NCBI RefSeq assembly: GCF_009834535.1
Contig: NC_045696.1
Span: 63,304,001 to 63,368,000, forward strand
DNA length: 64,000 nt
Origin: Camelus ferus
Taxonomy: Eukaryota
Direction: 5' to 3'
Position numbers and translations under genes: made by a program. How positions within the stretch are numbered: the stretch's first letter is position 1; every line of letters starts with the position of its first letter. The notes below the pieces were generated by a model that saw only the letters and a program-made list of their open reading frames with translations, was not told where the DNA came from and made no database searches. Shown piece by piece: positions 59,233 to 64,000 of the stretch.

Positions 59233-62200
59233 TATCACCACAACCATCAGTATCCTCATTTCATTATTTATCAACATCTCTGGTGTGGCCCATGTTCAAA
59301 TCTACAAAGTCCTAGAACTTACTGTAAAGTAAAGGAATTAGGCCTGAACAAACAATGAAGAAAAATTATATGGAGAGTAATTAACTGGGATAGTGAAATC
59401 TGTCATCTTAGAAGAACTCTTCAATGAGGTCCAAAGGTGGAGTTCATGGGAGAGCCAGACCAGTGCCTCATAACTTCAGTTGCAGTGAAAGCTGCGGTGG
59501 AAGGCGGCTTCAGATTCCCCTGATGGCGGGGAGCCCTGCCTCAGTGCCCAGCCCGATTAACTGTTGGCTTCCCAGTTGCTGAATCCAGCCAAAAACATCC
59601 TCTGCTGTTTGAAGTGCTTATTGGAAAAGCAGATTTCATCTTGGCTGGAGCTCTGAGCAGTTCCTTGTGTGGGGTACTCCCCAGGGCTGTAATTGAACAC
59701 AAGAAAGCATCGGCCTCCTTTCGGCATTCTTGCTTTCATCTCCAAGTCACATTTTAAATTTTATATTTTAAAAACGTCAGGGAAAGGGGCCAGCATGGCT
59801 CACGCAGCCACTGGTGCCAGAACCCCCAACACGGCAGCTCCAGGAGCGACGGCTGCGGCGGATTAGAAGGGGGAGTAAGGACCAGACAGCGTAGTGGTGC
59901 TTCACGCCAGCTTCTGGGAGCTTGAAAAGTGCTGCAGAGGCTGGGCCTTAGTGTGATGTGGGCTTTGCAAACAGGAGTCCCGAGGGTGCAGACGAGACCC
60001 CACTCTCAGTAGTCCAGTTGGAGGAAAATTTTCTAAAAGCCTCAGAGAACAGGAGAATCTGAAGCCTGCTTGGACACCCACTCAGGGGCTGACTGGCCTG
60101 ATCGGCAAGAAACACTCTGCCTTCCCAATCCAGATCCCTTGTGCTGCTGGGGAACCTAATTCCAGATCCTTCTGTCATGTTGACCACGAGTGGGAGAAAA
60201 CCTTGAGGGAAATGGCCCATGCTCTGTTCTTTTTCCTCCAGATGCTCCCTTTCCCAGGACCTGGGGCAGGATTCTGAAAACAGTAGGTGTCTAAGGGTTG
60301 TTTATTAGATGACCTCTCCCATGAAGAAAGATTGCAGTTAGGCAAGGCACAGCCTCTTCCTGCAAGCCTTAGTAAGACCATTATCTTCTCCAGGGGCCCC
60401 TGTGAGACAAAAAACTCCAAGCTTCAAGCGTCATGGAGGATTGAAGTACAATAGCATCCTGGAGAAGGAAGAGCCCTCACAGTTTAGACATACACCCAAG
60501 TACCCAGGCTCTTAGCCCAGCTTCCCCCTTGCACAGGACTCTTGTTGCATCTTGTGCCCCACTATGACCGCTTGATCATTTTCAGGAATTTTTGTTTATG
60601 GGAAATCATTATTATTTATGCAGCTGTTTCCCTCTCGTCGTGTAGGATCCTGCATTTATCTGTTTGATGCTAAGGTCATTGATACCTTGTGTTTTGCCAA
60701 AAATTAAAAATTAAAAAATTGAGTGCTTTCAACAAGGAACATACATTCAGTAAGGTGACTAAAATCGTCATCCTACTTTCAGGACCCCAGGAAGGAGAAG
60801 GGAAGTAAATATACAAAACTTAACTATTATTAAATTTAACCCTGAGGTCCCTAGTGGCCAAGAAAAAAAGGGGAGAAGTAGGTATTTTGGTTCCTTAGGG
60901 GAGATAAAATTTATCTTGTTTTTGAGCTCTCAGAGAAATTTTTCAGGGACTCCAGCAGAGTGAGGCAACGGGCCAGTGTGTCAAAAGCAGTTTTATGCTA
61001 AATGCAGAAGGAGTTCGCACAAGGATATTTTCTATTGTGGCCTTAACCAACATTTAGGGCAGCTCTGTGATACCTGGGTAGTTTGAGGCAATCTTAGGGG
61101 GTACAGTGGAGTGTAGGGAATTGTAAGAGGACTAATAAAATCATCTGGCCTGTACATCATGCATTTCCTACTTAAGGGCACTTTGGGTTAGATCTGTAGC
61201 AAAAAAAGAACAGCCAGCTACCAAAGGTGTAGGTCAGAATACATCTCAGGGGAATCATTAACTCTGCACATGGCCAACCCCTTCCCCTCACATCCCCCAC
61301 CAGTGAGCAGAAAATGAATCATCTGGTTAAATCAGCTACTGCCTGTGTCTGGTGTTGGTGCCTGTGGGCGCGTAGGTGTTTGAGTGGGTGTGGACACAAG
61401 CCCTTCCCCTGTCCTACCTCCTCCCGCACCCAGAGCACACCCCTACCCCAGAGAAGACTCAGCAGCCTGCAGTCAGCGCCTCTGTCTGTCAGCAGTTGAT
61501 TCTGATAACCTTGATGACTGGCCCCAAAATAGAATCTTTGCAAGGTCTGAAGATGATTAACTCTTTGGAAGAACAAGAGGATGGTTTCTGAAGGTTCAGG
61601 GTGGACAGACTGTGGGCGATAGCCTTAATTACCCCAACTAAATACTCAGGACAGAGCCAGGCAAGGCGACAGCATCGGGGGAGGAGTCTTAGCTCCGTGG
61701 CTGCAGGATTCCTCCTTGGACCGAATTGAGCTCCCCTGAGCTGAACACTGTTCCTGGACCCCCACAGCCCTGTCCTTTGATGGTATTTTTTTCCCCTTTG
61801 AGAGGCATTGACTTTAGAAAATTTAGAGGATTTCTTCATTTATCCTTAGCTGAGGACCTAGTGTGTTCCAGGCACTGTGCTAGGCTTTGGATGTGATGAC
61901 AGATTCCCTGCCCTGGAGAAGGTGGAGAAATCCTTCTGTTAACCGCTCCCCCACATACAATTATGAGGTGATGTGATCTCATATGTGATGAGAACATAAT
62001 AGGAAATAAAAGTAAATTATAAAATTCTTCTTTTTCCAGACTGGCTTTCCTTCTCTGGAACCACGGCCAGTTTCATTGCTCTATTATGATCATGACTATT
62101 ACTGAGGCTTGGAGTAATGGCATGGCTTTGGCTTAAAAGCTCCAAGTTTTGTTGCCACAAAGTCCCTTCTGAATTAGAAGAACAGAAAGCTGCTACCGCC

Positions 62201-62584
62201 CTGGGCAGCTTGGGTCCCTCTTACGCTCTCTCCAGGCGACCCTGCAGCCTGAGACCCATCCCTAAGAGGCCCCTGACCAGCCGCAGGGCAGGCCAAGCTT
62301 CCTGGCCCACGGAGGGATGGGTCCCACACCCTGTGCTCCTGAAAGAGCAGCTGGTGACTCGCGGCTGTGTTTCAGCCCCACTGAGGCTGGGGGAGCCGCT
62401 GGCATGGACGGAGGTCGTCTTGGTCACGTGCATGTCTCAAAGCCACAGCCCCCCAGTATTTTATTGTGTTGTCACACAATAAAAGAGAGACAGGGAAGTT
62501 TGGTCCTGTTCCTTTGCAAGAAACAGCACATGGTTTCTTTTCAAAACCAGTTGTTCTTGACCATTTTCTGCCTGGAAACACCCA

Positions 62585-62762
62585 GAGTGTTCAGTGTGGC
62601 CTGGGTGGGCAGCTGTGGCCTCACCTGTGAACTTGTTAGAAATGCACGTGCTTGACTCCACCTCAGAGCAACTGAATCAGAAACTCCGGGGGTTGGCCCA
62701 GTGGTTGGGTCTTCCCAAGCCCTCCAGCTGATTCTGCTACCACTCGTGTTTCAAGGCCACTG
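62585..62762. mobile_element. MER5A DNA transposon
   Basis: cacctgtgaacttgttagaaatgca...actgaatcagaaactccgggggt...caagccctccagctgattctg...ccactg. Confidence 0.8.
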
Positions 62763-64000
62763 AGGAAGGCTGACTCACTGAGACCGTGATTGTTGGTCAG
62801 GGAGGCTCCCCTGGGGTGTGCGCCGGGTCTCTGGAACTGTGGAACTGGGGTCGAGGTGGTGCACATAGTTTGAAAGAATCCCTAAAAGGATGATGACCTC
62901 GTCCCCCTTCCCTCCCTTATTTGAAAACCATTGATCTAGAAACTAATTTTGCATGGGAAGAATCATCTCATGCAGATGTCTCGGTATTCTGATTTTTTTT
63001 AAGCTTCAGAAATGTTATGATACTGTGGGGTGTCTTGTGTTGGCCTGGAACTCTCCCTCCATAGTTCACTACAAAGACTTTTATTTTACATGCTCTGAGA
63101 CTGAAAAAAAAAGGGGGTGGGGGCAGTGTTTCCTTATAGCGATTTTGGAAAATCTGTCTTGTTTAGTTTGCTGATTAGGAGTTGGTGGAGGCAATAGCCC
63201 ACCCCAGAGGTGGAGACCCGCCCTTGAACCTTGTACCTCCCTCACCAGCACTGGGGAGTGTGGCCCCACGGAAGGGGGCTTATCCTCAAACAAGCTTGCA
63301 CGGCTGCGTTATGTTTTTTACAAGCTCCTTAAAGGAGACGGATGTCTCTTTTTATTGCCCCAGACAGGGAGAAGATAAACCTTAAGTTGTTTGGTGTTTG
63401 CAAACAGTGGTAGACCTGAGGGTTTTTTCCCCCTCTAAAAATGTCTTATTTGGGAAGCTTCTGCGGATTTAAAGAGGTGGAGGGTGTTTGAAAAGTACGG
63501 AGCGTTGACTTTCCTCCACCCCGTCTCACTGCTGTCTGCAGGTGTTCGGGCTGCTTTTACTTGCCAGGAAAACAGTAAGAGACGAGGGAGACTGCTTCTT
63601 AGAAAGCGGGTTTTCCTGTTGAAGTGGGCAGCTGATCTGGGGCACAGGCTTCACCTCTCCAGAAGGTGGTATTTCCCTTGTGGCTTCGGAGGCAGGAAGC
63701 AGGTGGCAGGGAGCTGACCCCCACTGGCCTCCAACGGCGGCTGCTCTGAGCTCCCCATACTGCTGAGCGGTTTCTAGTCTCTCCAGGGAGATGGGACCAG
63801 CTGCCGTCCTCAGCAGATCCGGTGGTGCACTTCCCCGGGTGGAGACCTCTGGGCCTATGTCAGGGAACAGAGCTCTGAAAGGACCCAAAGCTGCCACTGG
63901 CTCTTTGAGCAGAGTGGGGAGGAAGCCAATTGCCCAGCGGGAACTGGGCTGGAAGGGAAGCTAGTTTCCTAATGGGATGGCCCTGCCTGAGCCCTGACCT

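Noticed and set aside
37400..64000. Numerous 60-220 aa ORFs downstream of CPN2 (e.g. 38008-38667)
   Set aside because: Low-complexity composition, many non-ATG starts, overlap with repeats, and no recognisable domains or exon chains.
1..64000. CRISPR arrays, rRNA, operon-like or horizontally acquired segments
   Set aside because: No regularly spaced repeats or foreign-looking composition. Everything fits ordinary mammalian DNA.

Overview
Mammalian genomic DNA, probably from a camelid: it carries tRNA-Ala-derived SINEs of the vic-1 type and artiodactyl-type L1 3' ends. Two tandem, + strand leucine-rich-repeat genes are clearly present. LRRC15 has a CpG-rich promoter and non-coding exon 1 at ~15.1 kb, a single coding exon (CDS 23002-24756, 584 aa) and a ~3.9 kb 3' UTR. 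CPN2, the regulatory subunit of carboxypeptidase N, has CDS 35385-37028 (547 aa) and a candidate exon 1 ending at 33230. The rest is non-coding, with ordinary transposon relics (L1, L2, L3/CR1, MIR, MER20, MER5, MER53, MER94, MLT1/MLT2) and several candidate regulatory islands. Apart from L1 ORF2 remnants, the other ORF-track entries look like noise. I found no convincing new biological system. The most unusual directly visible structure is a TSD-bounded chimeric L1 insertion at ~2 kb whose middle is replaced by a copy of local DNA from 1.67 kb away. Other leads: an in-frame upstream ATG that could extend the CPN2 signal peptide, SMAD/RUNX/AP-1 modules in LRRC15 intron 1, and orphan CpG-rich islands with CTCF-like or CRE motifs downstream of CPN2. 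Repeat family names and orthologue comparisons come from recalled consensus sequences rather than database searches, and repeat boundaries are approximate.
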